In this document: positions 37,290 to 49,239 of the stretch, piece by piece | How the letters are laid out: every line of letters begins with the position of its first letter | How positions within the stretch are numbered: the stretch's first letter is position 1 | Origin: Okamejei kenojei | Lineage: Eukaryota | Direction: 5' to 3' | NCBI GenBank assembly: GCA_035221665.1 | Contig: CM069142.1 | Coordinates: 186,001-250,000, forward strand | DNA length: 64,000 nucleotides | Notes under the pieces: generated by a model | Told to the model about the DNA's origin: nothing | The model's input: the letters and a program-made list of their open reading frames with translations, nothing else | Databases searched by the model: none | Made by a program: the position numbers and the translations under genes

Positions 37290-37960
37290 GGAAGAAAGTT
37301 TTCGTTTTGTCAGCAGCAGTTAGAATATTTTGGACGAGTAATATCTAAAGAAGTAAAAGCTATAGCGCAGGATCAAATTGGAAGCTTGCCTGCAATCTTG
37401 CTTAGCTCAATTGACAGAAATTAAAGGCTTAAAGAGCAGCATATGTAATATGGAGTCTGGCACATGTTTGGAGCAGTAGGGAAACGGAAAGGCTTGGAGA
37501 AAATGCAACGGAGACCCCATGCAAAGTTAGCAGTGTCCCCCTATGAAATGTTGTTTGGGTTACCTTATTTGGGAAAGATAGAAGGAATACCCATCATAGA
37601 GGGCAGTGATGTTATTCTTAAGGAACTATTTACTGGCAGTATCTCGTTCCCTTACAGAATTAAAAGCTAAAGGACTATTGGCTCAAAGCCCACCACTCGA
37701 CTTTCCAATACATGCTGTAAAAGGCCGGCGGACTGGGTACTGGTCAAGAATTGGAAGGAGGAGAAACTCCAGCCCAGGTGGACCGGCCCATACCTAAGTA
37801 TTACTGACAACCGAGACAGCAGTACGAACAAAAGAAAAAGGGTGGACCCACGCAATCCGGGTTAAAGGACCCGTGATCCACCCGCTCCTGATAAGGAGGA
37901 ACAGTGGACGGTGAAGCCAGGGAATAAGCCCCTAACATTAACTTAAAAAAAAACATTGAA
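37290..37960 (+). pseudogene. pol: ERV pol remnant (short RT piece plus integrase C-terminus)
   Basis: FCQQQLEYFGRVISK; SPYEMLFG; VKNWKEEKLQPRWTGPY..LTTETAVRTKEKGWTH (GPY/F module). Confidence 0.85.
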
Positions 37961-37976
37961 AGCTTAACTGAACAGT

Positions 37977-39797
37977 ATGAAAGGAGCAGTTGTGGTATTG
38001 TTTGCTCTGCATGTAATTATGGTAAAAAGCATTAATAATTGTGATAAATGTTATCATCCTATCAGATACAGAGGGCAGACAACCAGATCATTTACCTATC
38101 ATTCCCATGTGAACGATGCTTGCTATAACCTGAGGACTAGAACAATTTGTGAAGAGGGGGGGGAAAGAAGTATTTTTATGGTAGGGAATAGGGGATATGT
38201 AGGGAGGTTTGGGTACGTTACCTGCCCAAAGGGGGAGAGATGGGTTTGTATAACCAGGACAGGACGGGTTTCCCTTTCCAGGCCTTAAGATGGAATTAGA
38301 TATAATAAAGGAGCAACTAATAACAGAGTTTACGGAACTAGTAGTCACCAAGCCTCCCCCTCCCCACCTACTCAGTCTCAATTGCACCAGACACTGTATG
38401 AAGAAATAAAGAAGCAGATTGAGATCCCTGAAGGAGGAAAAAACCTGTTTGTGGACTTGGCCCTCCGGATAGCTGGAATCCTGAATGTGACTAACTGCTG
38501 GGTCTGTGGCGGACCACTGATGAGCTCACGTTGGCCGTGGAGAGGATCCATTATTGAAGTATGGGACCTGATGGAGTGGAACCTGACAGTTGGACAAGAC
38601 CGAGATCCCCAGGCATGGGTCCTGACAGACGCTCCGGTTGGGACTGAGTGTATCGCTAGGCCCTGGGCAAAGATGTCATCCTAGTAGGCAGCAGCCCCTG
38701 CCAGCGCATCGTCACCCAGTGGCCAAATCAGTCCTGAGTGGTGTGGCCAGAGGAGCCTAAATGGTATCCAACTAAGAAATACGGGAGAAACTGCACTATC
38801 TGGATGAAGACCGATGGAATGGAATCGACTGGACTATGGAACTGCACCGGGAACAACCCTTATCAAGGAATCCCAGTGTTGCGAGACATATGGAACAAGG
38901 TTACCTCTGGTGGACCGGCCCCTGAAGGACTGTTATGGATATGCAGATACAAGGCATACTCGGTGTTACCGATAAATTAGAGCGGGACTTGCTTCACTGG
39001 ACTGGTACAACCAGGATTTTTTCTGTTAAACACCGAAGAAGGGCGGTCGCTAGGAACACCTGTATTTGACGACCTATATCGGAAGAAGAGGAAAATAGAC
39101 ATTGGAGAATGGGAAGATGATGAATGGCCACCAGCAAGAATCATCTCATACTATGGACAGCCACTTGGGCACAGGATGGCTCCTGGGGCTATACCGAACC
39201 CCAGTATACATGTTTAAACCGGATCATAAGACTTTCAGGCAGTACTTGAGGTAATTACCAACCAAACTGCGGGGGCACTGGAGATGCTGGCAAAGCAACA
39301 AGACACAGATGAGAGCAGCAATTATACCAGAACCGGTTGGCCCTAGATTACCTCCTGGCAGAAGAAGGAGGGGTATGCGGGAAATTCAACCTCTCTAATT
39401 GCTGTTTAAACATCGATGACAATGGACAGGCCGTGATTGGACATATCAGAAGGAATCCGTAAGTTGGCACATGTTCCAATTTCAGAAGTGGAATACGATT
39501 ATGGGAACCCGATGGTGGGATTCCATCCTCGGAGGAACATGGTGGAGAAACGGTGGGACTCGTGTTTCTATGTGCAGTGGCTGGGGACTGATCTTTATCC
39601 CCTGTTACATCCCTTGTTTTAGGGAACTTATTACAAGGAGTATGTCAGATGCAGGCTGTAGTAATGCCTATGGGAGATAAAAGGGAAATACAGAAAATAA
39701 TGATAATGCGACCAGGAAGGTCCAGGATCCACAGGAAAAGGAGATTAGGACAATGTTATGTCAATTCGAACAGAGGGAGCTTGAAATTGAGGTTTAA
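37977..39797 (+). pseudogene. env: ERV env, gamma-type ERV3-like, full length but disrupted
   Basis: Signal peptide MKGAVVVLFALHVIMV; NLFVDLA..NVTNCWVCGG; furin site RKKR (39080-39091); WEDDEWPPARIISYYG..ATWAQDGSWGY; [29 protein letters not shown]; several frameshifts and in-frame stops. Confidence 0.93.
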
Positions 39798-39830
39798 TCA
39801 ATAGATGCGTAGCAAAATAAAAAGGAGGAT

Positions 39831-40466
39831 TGTGAGGGATAAAGTGATTAAACCCCACTATTGTAAGGTGCTTTGAAGAGGATTCAAAACCGATAGGGCC
39901 AGAGAGAGGGTTCTGACACAGCTGTGTATAAAAGTTACCAGACCCATCCTTGAGAAAGAAGTAATAGCATTGTATAGCGGTAGAAGGGAGTGATGTAGAT
40001 AGCTCCCTATCAGTAGAAGGGGGTGATAGATGGGACCCTTGTCACTATAGCTCAGCTTTAGTGCTGATATAGGAGGACTGAGAGAGTTCACTTGGAGGTG
40101 AATAAAACTAGGATAGGTCATGAACAACTGAGCATGCTTAATAAAATAAATGAATATTACAACACACCCCTGGTCAAGAAACTGCTCATTACCATGAACA
40201 TGTCTGGACATGCGATGTATGATGAGGGAGGTACTGGGGGGGATGTACCTACAGATTGTGCACCTCAGACCCTGATTGGAGAAGGGTCCAAGGAGGGGAG
40301 GTTGGATGTAGAATTGTGTGTATAAAGGGGGATGACTTTTCTGACTTCGGTGTGTCTCAACTTGGAGAGGCACCCGACTCTGCAGACTCGTAAATATAAT
40401 AAAGAATCTCTTGCTTCCAAGATTTAGTCTTTGAGTTGTGATTGTGAGCACATTGCATATCTCACA
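39831..40466 (+). repeat. 3' LTR (636 bp), preceded by polypurine tract 39814-39830
   Basis: Near-identical to the 5' LTR; AAAATAAAAAGGAGGAT directly upstream. Confidence 0.96.
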
Positions 40467-42084
40467 CAACCATTCAATGTGATCATGGCTGATCATCCCC
40501 CAATCAGTACCCCGTTCCTGCCTTCTCCCCATATCCCCTGACTCCGCTATTTTTAAGAGCTCTATCTAGCTCTCTCTTGAAAGCATCCAGAGAACCTGCC
40601 TCCACCGCCCTCTGAGGCAGAAAATTCCACAGACTTGTCTGTGAGAAAAAGTGTTTCCTCGTCTCCGTTCTAAATGGCTTACACCTTATTCTTAAACTGT
40701 GGCCCCTGGTTCTGGCTGGAGCTGCTTTGGGACCGGCTGCGGACTCCGTACGTGTGGCCCCGCAGCGCGTAGCCACGACCAACACGCCCTTCTGGATCAT
40801 TGTGGTGATGATGATGGGGAGCAGCACTGCCCTGCACGCCACCCGGGCCGCCTTCAGCACCGCCATGGCGCCGGCTCCGTCAGCCCGCCCGCTCGCTCGC
40901 TTACCGGCAGCCTTTATAGCCCGACGGACCCCTCGCCGCACCCACCGGAGGCCCGGCCAGATGCTCCCAAACCGGCGGAGGCCCGGCCTGAAGCTCACCA
41001 ATCACGAGGAGGTCAGGCCAGATGCTCACCAACCATGAGGAGGTCCGGCCCGATGCTCACCAACCCACCGGAGGCCCAGCCCGACGCTCACCAACCACGA
41101 GGAGGCCCAGCCCAACTCTCACCACCCACCGGCGGCCCGACCGATCCTCCACAGCATCCATCGGCCTACTGACAAGCCCGACTGACTGACCCTAACCGAT
41201 ACATTTGTTATTTATCATTTTTATTTAACAGTTCACATTATAACTTTATAAAGCTAAATCAATTGAGAAACAAAATGAACAGCAAGGTGAGCATTACCTT
41301 TATTCCTTGGAAACCTTGTTATAGTTTTGATGTAATGAGGAGGCAGCTATGATCCCAGAGTCCTCGCTGCCTAGCGACCATATAACAAAGCGTGGGATTG
41401 GTCAATTTGCGTCCGACCGCAATGTCAAACGTGCATTGATTGGGCAATTACTACTTAGAAAATTTGAGGTTTTTCTCATATTTCTTAAGAATGTGCAGGT
41501 TTTGGTCTTGACGAGTTTCAGGTATGATTTATATAATATTTTAAATATGTTATATAATGTTAAACATTTAGGTAGGTCCGTGAGTTGGGTCACGAACATG
41601 AACGAAAAAGTTCCTCGGCCCACAGCTTAGCTGAGAGGGAAAGATAGATCAGCCATGATTAAATGGCAGAGTAGACTCGATGGGCCGGATGGCCTAGCTC
41701 TGCCCCAATGATGTATGAACTTACGACTAGTTGGGATCATGTAAATCCCTTGAGAAATTAAATCCCTTGAGTAGATGTAGGAGAAGAGGGAAATCAGGAG
41801 GGCAAAAAGAGGATAAAGTACTGCTTTGGCAAATAATGTAAAAGATCCTCTGAAGATAGTCGAAGTGTTATTAAGGGCCTAAGAGTAACTAGAGAGAAAA
41901 TAGGGCTACTTATAGATCAACAAGGTCATCCATGTTGGAGCTACAGGAGATATGCAAGATGTTAAACCAAGAGTCAGCTATTAAAAGTGCTTAATTGTTA
42001 GATGTACTGCATGGAACAACGGAACAATTAAATGCTTACTTGCTGGCAGCCTACCAGGTCTATAAATGCAACAGCACACCGATA

Positions 42085-44200
42085 ACATAGAAAAATAGTT
42101 GCAGGAGTAGGCCATTCCGCCCTTTGAGCCAGCACCGCCATTCAATATGATCATGGCGGATCATCTAAAATCAGTACCCCATTCCTGCTTTTTCCCCCCC
42201 ATATCCCTTAATTCCTATAGCCCACAAGAGCTAAATCTAACACTCTCTTGAAAACATCCAGTGAATTGGCCTCCACTGCCTTCTGTGGCAGGGAATTCCA
42301 CAGATTCACAACTCTCTGGGTGAAAAGGTTCTTCCTCATCTCACTCCCAACCCCTTAAACCGTGACCTCTGGTTCTGGACTCCCAACTTTGGGAACATTT
42401 TTTCCTGCATCTAGCATGTCCAATCCTTTAAGAATTTTATAGTTTCTATAAGACTTCCTCTCATCCTTCTAAATACAAAAATAGTATTTCTAAATACAAG
42501 CCCAGTTGACCCATTCTTTCATCATATGTCAGTCCCGCCATCCGGGGAATTAACCTGGTGAACCCACACTGCACTCCCACAATAGCAAGAAAGTCCTTCC
42601 TCAAATTAGGAGACCAAAATTGCATACAATACTCCAGGTGCGGTCTCACCAGGGCCCTGTACAACTGCCATAGGACCTCCTTGCTCCCAAACTCTTATCC
42701 TCTCGCAATGAAGGCCAACATGTCATTAGCTTTCTTCACTGCCTGCTGTACCTGCATGCTTACTTTCAGTGACTGATGTACAAGCACACCCAGGTCTTGT
42801 TGCACCTCCCTTTTCCTAATCTGACACCATTCAGATAATAATCTGCCTTCGTGTTCTTGCCACCAAAGTGGATAACATCACATCTATCCACATTGTACTG
42901 CATCTGCCCACTAAGCCAACCTATCCAAGTCACCCTGCAGCCTCATAGCATCCTCCTCGCAGCTCACTGCCACCCAGCTTTGCGTCATCCGCAATATAAT
43001 CAAACAAATAAATTAATAACCATAATACTAGCTAACCACCATAGAGCAAAAAAAACAGTCCATATTGCAACCAAAGACACAGTCCAGAGAACATTTTTGC
43101 TGAGGTTAGTGTTGTGTAGTGTTCAAGAGCCTGATGGTTGCTGGGAAGAAGCTATTCTTGAACCTGGAGGTCATAGTTTACAGCCTCATGTACCTTCTTC
43201 CTGATGATAGGGGTGAACTGAGAGCATGGCCAGTGTGGTGCAGGTCTTTCATGAAGAAACTTGATTTGGATGAGTACAAGGCAAGATTAGCAAGTTTGCT
43301 GATGATACAAAAGTGAGTGGTTTTGTAGATAATTGTGAAAGATTGCAGCAAGATACGGATCGATTGGCCAGGTGGACAGAGGAACAGTTGATGGAATTTA
43401 ATACGGTGAAGTGTGAGGTGTTGCATTTTGGGACGTCGAACAAGGGCAGGACCTACTCAGTAAGTGGTAGGCCTCTGGGTAGTGTTGTAGAGCAGAGGGC
43501 TCTAGTACAGGTGCATGGTTCCTTGAAGGTCGAGTCGCAGGCAGATAAGGTGGTCAAAAAGGCTTTTGGCACTTTGGCCTTGATCAGTCAGAGAATTGAG
43601 TATGGAAGTTGGGAGGTCATGTTGCAGTTGTACAAAACGTTGGTGAGACTGCATTTAGAGTATTGTGTTCAATCTGGGCACCATGTTATAGGAAAGATAT
43701 TGTCAAGCTTGAAAGGGTTCAGAAAAGATTTATGAGGATGTTGCCAGGACTAGAGGCTGTGAGCTACAGGGAGAGGTTGAGTAGGCTGGGTCTCTATTCC
43801 ATGGAGCATAGGAGGATGAGGAGAGATCTTATAGAGCTATACAAAATCATGGGAGGAATAGATCAGGTAGATGAACAGAGCCTTTTACCCAGAGTAGGGG
43901 AATCGAGGACCAGAGGACATAGGTTCAAAGTGAAGGGGAAAATATCTGAGGGGTAACTAGGAATCCGATGGGTAAATCTTTCACACAGAGGGTGGTGGGT
44001 GTATGGAACAAGCTGACAGGAGGTTGGTGAGGCTGGGACTATCCCATCGTTTAAGAAATGGTTAGACAAGTACTTGGATAGGACAAGTTTGGAGGGGTAT
44101 GGACCAAGCGCAGGCAAGTGGGACCAGATTAGCTGGGACATTGTTGGCCAGTGTGGGCAGGTTTGGCCGAAGGGCCTGTTTCCACACTGTATCACTCCAT
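42085..44200. mobile_element. CR1 fragments (42085-42995 -, 43260-44200 +), duplicates of 4905-6850
   Basis: ORFs 42461-42664 and 43313-43956 with CR1 RT C-terminal motifs. Confidence 0.85.
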
Positions 44201-46119
44201 GACACTAAACAAGGAACTGCAGATGCTGGTTTACATAAAGGGACACAAAGTGCTAGTGTAAATCAGTGGTTCAAGCAGCATCTCTGCAGAAAATGAATCA
44301 GTGCCGTTTCGGATACGAAGAAACATAGAAACAAAGAACATAGGTGTAGGAGTAGGCCATTCAGCCCTTCGAGCCTGCACCGCCATTCAATATGATCATG
44401 GCTGATCATCCAACTCAGTATCCTGTACCTGCCTTCTCTCCATACCCCCTTATCCCTTTAGCCACAAGGGCCACATCTTACGCCCTCTTAAATATAGCCA
44501 ATGAACTGGCCTCAGCTACCTAGAAGAAGGGTCTCAACCTGAAACATCACTTATTCCTGTTCTCCAGAGATGCTGTCTGACCCGCTGAGTTACTCCAGCA
44601 TCTTTGGTGTAAATGAACATCTACAGTTCCTTCCAATACAGCATGTATAGGTATGCTGACTAACTCCAGCATCTTAGGTCTCTGATGATGCTGGCTGCCT
44701 TTATGAGACAACACCTACTGGATATCTCTTGGATGGTAGGGAGGATGGAGCACTTGGATTATTACAGGTGGTGACCATGCAGTCCACCACTCTCCTTTGA
44801 TTCTGGGCGATCAAGTTGCCAAAACAGTCTGTGATGCAACCAGTTGGTGTGATCTCTACCGTCCAGAAGTTCCAGAGTATTCATCGACGTACCAAATCTC
44901 CTCAATCTTTTCAGGAAATGGTGGTGTTGATGGGCTTCCGTTGTGATTGTATCAATGTGCTGGGCCTAGGACAGATCTTCATTAATATGCACGACCAGGA
45001 ACGTGGAGTTGTTGACTCTTACCAGAGTTGTCCCATCTTTGAGTGTTTTGTGGATCATCGGCTCTCCCCATCTCAAGTCAACAATCTGCGCACTTGTCTT
45101 GCTGATGTTGAGACAAAGATTATTGGTCCATTCTAGCACCATCTGATTGAATGGTCCAATTAATAAGACCCCCAGTTTTCCTTACCGGCTTTGTTCAGCT
45201 TCTGCAGCATCACCAACTCCCTCCGCCCTCCTCTAAGGTTCCCGGTCTTCAGGGTGAGCAGGAGATGAGCCTTGAATGAGGCTCCAACTACAGGCGGGTG
45301 CCCGGTTCCACAACGGGTGAGCCAGGCCTGTGGCCCTCGGGGAGTTCATCCCTAGGGCCCTACCATTTACTCTGCAAGTCCTGCCATGTTTTGTAATTTT
45401 TTTCCCCGAGCATCTCACAATACCAAAGGATGCACTTGATCAGATCACTGGGATTTATCTACCTACTGCTGTCTATGCATATCCAGCAAAGTTCAGCATG
45501 TCCCCAATGACTCTCACAAACTTCTACAGATGCGCGGTAGAAAGCCTTTTACCGGGATGCATCACAGCTTGGTTTGAGAACAGCTCCATCCAAGACTGCA
45601 AGAAATTGTGGATACAGCCAATGCCTCACACTGCCATCTTCCCTCTCCCATCGGGCAAAAGGTATAGAAGTGTGAAACCGCCAGTGATGGGAATGGGGGG
45701 GGGGAAGCAGGGAGATTTTCAGTTTCCAGTTTATGTCCAATTTCTGTACAAGTAGGGAGTCAGAGTTGTTAAATACGTTTTTTTTTTTAAATGACCATGG
45801 ATAATTGTTACGAGTCTCACTGCATCGGCCATGAGATGAAAACAAAATGTTAACGACCACTGTTAGCACTTGTTAACAGGCAGTAGCTAACACATAGTCA
45901 TACACTGTGTCATGAATACATCGATCCACATTCCTCAGTAAATGTAATGGTGTTTTGACCATGTATTAGTGACACCGCGTTCCTTTGAATAAAATTAATG
46001 GGGGAATTTAATAAACTCACTGTCATTGCTCCGGACCGCGAGCACAGGCTTCTTCTGGTGTGCAGGTAGTCACGTTATTTTATTATTCCACGTTATTTTA
46101 TTATTCGCCCTCACTCCCT

Positions 46120-46870
46120 CGTCCTCTCTCCCACACAGAGCTGATGTGGATTTGAAGAAGCAGCAACAAGGAGAAGCAGGAAGAAGCATGAATATTCTGA
46201 AGCGTGACTTTAGGGAGCTTGGAAAAGGGTTTGCTTCCAGTTCCTTGTGCTGGTGAGAGCAGGAACAGGGAGGTACAGGATCTGGGTGTGTGGCTGGGGA
46301 ACTGGTGCAGGGGGCAGGGATTTAGATTCTTAGACCACTGGGATCTGTTTTGGAGTAAGGGGGAACTGTACAAAAGGCACGGATTGCACCTTAACAGGTG
46401 GGGGACCAGCATTCTGGCAGGCAGATTTGCCACGGCGACACAGGTAGTTTTAAACTAAATGAGGGGGGAGGGGGGTGGGGTGTCAAATGGAATAGTCAAG
46501 GACGGAGTTAAAGGGAAAGGGAGTAAAGGGATAGTTAATGACCCCAGAATTAACGGGAAAGAAAGCTCATAAAGGGATAGGAGAGTATGGCCAAGTATGG
46601 CCACTTTTGGGGAAGGTGTGACCTGTACAAAAAGGACGGGTTGCACTTGAACCGGAGTGGGACCAATATCCTGGCGGGGAGATTTGCAAAGGCTACTGGG
46701 GAGACTTTAAACTAGAACTAGGTTGGGGGGGGGGGGGGGAGGACTCAAATAGAGAAAACTAGTAGACAGTGTAGGAGGCAGAGAAGGGAAGCACTCAGAC
46801 CCAACATGTAGGGGAGAAAGAAGAAAAAGATAATAAATAGAGAATAAGAGGTGGTGGGTTATTTAAATGT
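46120..46870 (+). mobile_element. CR1 ORF1 (SGNH esterase-like) C-terminal fragments from two subfamilies
   Basis: WCRGQGFRFLDHWDLFW..LYKRHGLHLNRWGTSILAGRF; second copy LYKKDGLHLNRSGTNILAGRF at ~46620-46715. Confidence 0.8.
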
Positions 46871-46982
46871 GTGAGCAGAGAGACAGAGGGGTGTACAATG
46901 AGGGTAGAACCAATAGGTAGCAAGGTGAAAAGTGAAAGTGGCAGGCAGAAAAATCAAAAAGGGCCACTTTTCAACATAATTG

Positions 46983-49235
46983 TATAACCATATAACCATA
47001 TAACAATTACAGCACGGAGACAGGCCCTCTCGGCCCTTCCAGTCCGTGCCGACCATTTGTTTTCCCCTAGTCCCATCTACCTGCACTCAGACCATACCCC
47101 TCCATTCCCTTCACGTCCATATACCTATCCACTTTACTTTTAAATGTTAAAAATCGATCCTGCCTCCCACACCTCTGCTGGAAGCTCATTCCACACAGCC
47201 ACCACCCTCTGAGTAAAGAAGTTCCCCTCACTTACCCTAAACTTCTGTCCCTTAATTCTCATGTCATGTCCTCTTGTTTGAATCTTCCCTTACCCTCAAT
47301 GGGAAAAGCTTATCCACGTCAACTCTGTCTATCCCTTTCATCATTTTAAAGACCTCAATTCAAGTCCCCCCTTAACCTTCTGCGCTCCAAAGAATAAAGA
47401 CCTAACTTGTTCAACCTTTCTCTGTAACATAGTTGCTGGAGGGAACCCTGGCAACATTCTAGGTAAATTCTCCCTCTGTTACTCTCTCTATTTTGTTGAC
47501 ATCCTTCCTATAACTAGGCGACCAAAATTGTACACCATACTCCAGAATTGGTCTTACCAATGCCTTGTACAATTTTAACATTACTTCCCTACTCCTATAA
47601 TTCAATGCTCTGATTTATAAAGGCCAAGCACACCAAAGGCTTTCTTTACCACCCTAATCTACATGCGATTCCACCTTCCAGGGAACAATGCACAGTTATT
47701 CCTAAGATCCTCAGTTCCACAGCATTCCTCAATTCCCTACCATTTACCATTACGTCCTATTTTGATTTGTCCTGCCAAGATGTAGCACTTCACACTTATC
47801 AGCATTAAACTCCATCTGCCATCTTTCAGCCCACTTTTCCAAATGCCCAAATCTCTCTGTAGACTTTGAGATTCTACTTCATTATCCACAATACCACCTA
47901 TCTTAGTATCATCTGCATACTTACTTATCCAATTTTCCACCCCATCATCCAGATCCATTGATGTACATGACAAACAACAGTGGACCCAACACAGATCCCT
48001 GAGGCACCCCACTGGTCACCGGCTTCCAACCTGACAAACAGCCATCCACCATTACTCTCTGACATCTCCCATTCAGCACTGTTGAATCCATCTTGCTACT
48101 CCGCCAATTAAACCCAAAGATTGAACCTTCTGAACCAAACCTTCCATGGGGAACCTTGTCAAAGGCCTTACTGAAATCCATATAGGCAACATCCACTGCT
48201 TTTTTCCTCATCAATTTCCTAGTTACCGCTTCAAAAAATTCAAGAAGTTTTGTCAAACATGACCTTCCAGGCACAAATCCATGTTGACTGTTCCTGATCA
48301 GACCCTGTTTATCCAGATGCTTATATATATTATCTCTAAGTATCCTTTCCATTAATTTGCCCACCACTGACGTCAAACAATAGGTCTATAATTGCTAGGT
48401 TTATTCTTTGAACCCTTTTTAAACAATTGGAACAACATGCGCAGTACGCTAATCCTCAGGCACTATTCCCGTTTCTAATGACATTTGAAAATATTTCTGT
48501 CATAGCTCCAGGGGGGTGCTATTTCTACACTAACTTCCCTCAATGTCCTAGGGAATATCCTGTCAGGACCTGGAGACTTATCCACCTTTATATTTTTCAA
48601 AAGTGTCAGTACTTCCTCCTCTTTGAATCTCATAGTTTCCATAGCTACTCTACTAACTTTTTCCCCTTACCTCACAGAGTTCAATATCCTTCTCCTTGGT
48701 GAATACCGAAGAAAAGAAATTGTTCAATATCTCCCCCATCTCTTTTGGCTCTGCAGATAGCTGTCCATTCTGGTTCTCTAATGGGTCCAATTTTATCCCT
48801 CGTATCCTTTTGCTATTAATATAGCTGTAGAAACCCTTTGGATTTTACTTTCACCTTTCTTGCCAAAGCAACCTCATATCTTCTTTTAGCCTTCCTAATT
48901 TCTTTCTTAAGATTCTTTTTACATTCTTTATACTCCTCTAGCACCTCATTACCTCCAATCATGCCTCCTATAATAATATCTGTAGAGATCTTACTCTTTT
49001 TTCGAACCCTGTCTAATTTCCATTGAAAATCAACCATGGCTCCACAACCCCCCCCTCCCAATTTTACTATTTCCTTTCAAACCTAACAGGGACATAAAGA
49101 TTCTGGGGCGGGCTACTCTCTCACAATTTCCCCTTTAAAATGTCCTCCATTTCTCTTCTACATGCTTCCCATGAAACAAAGTGTCCCAATTCACTCCTTT
49201 AAAATCCTCACGCCAATTCACTCCTTTAAAATCCA
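46983..49235 (-). mobile_element. CR1 LINE (ATATGGTT-tail family), 5'-truncated
   Basis: ORFs 47737-48376 with YMDFSKAFDKVPH and YADDTK; tail (TAACCATA)n on the plus strand. Confidence 0.92.
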
Positions 49236-49239
49236 AATA

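Larger units (their letters stand above)
33449..40466 (+). mobile_element. Endogenous retrovirus, class I (HERV-I/ERV3-like), LTR-gag-pro-(deleted pol)-env-LTR
   Basis: Paired TG..CA LTRs, 4-bp TSD CAAC (33445-33448 and 40467-40470), PBS, PPT, gag/pro/int/env remnants; inserted in a minus-strand CR1 3' end. Confidence 0.97.

Noticed and set aside
39858-41172. ORFs of 157-224 aa
   Set aside because: Antisense LTR and GC-rich minisatellite read-through with no protein-like features
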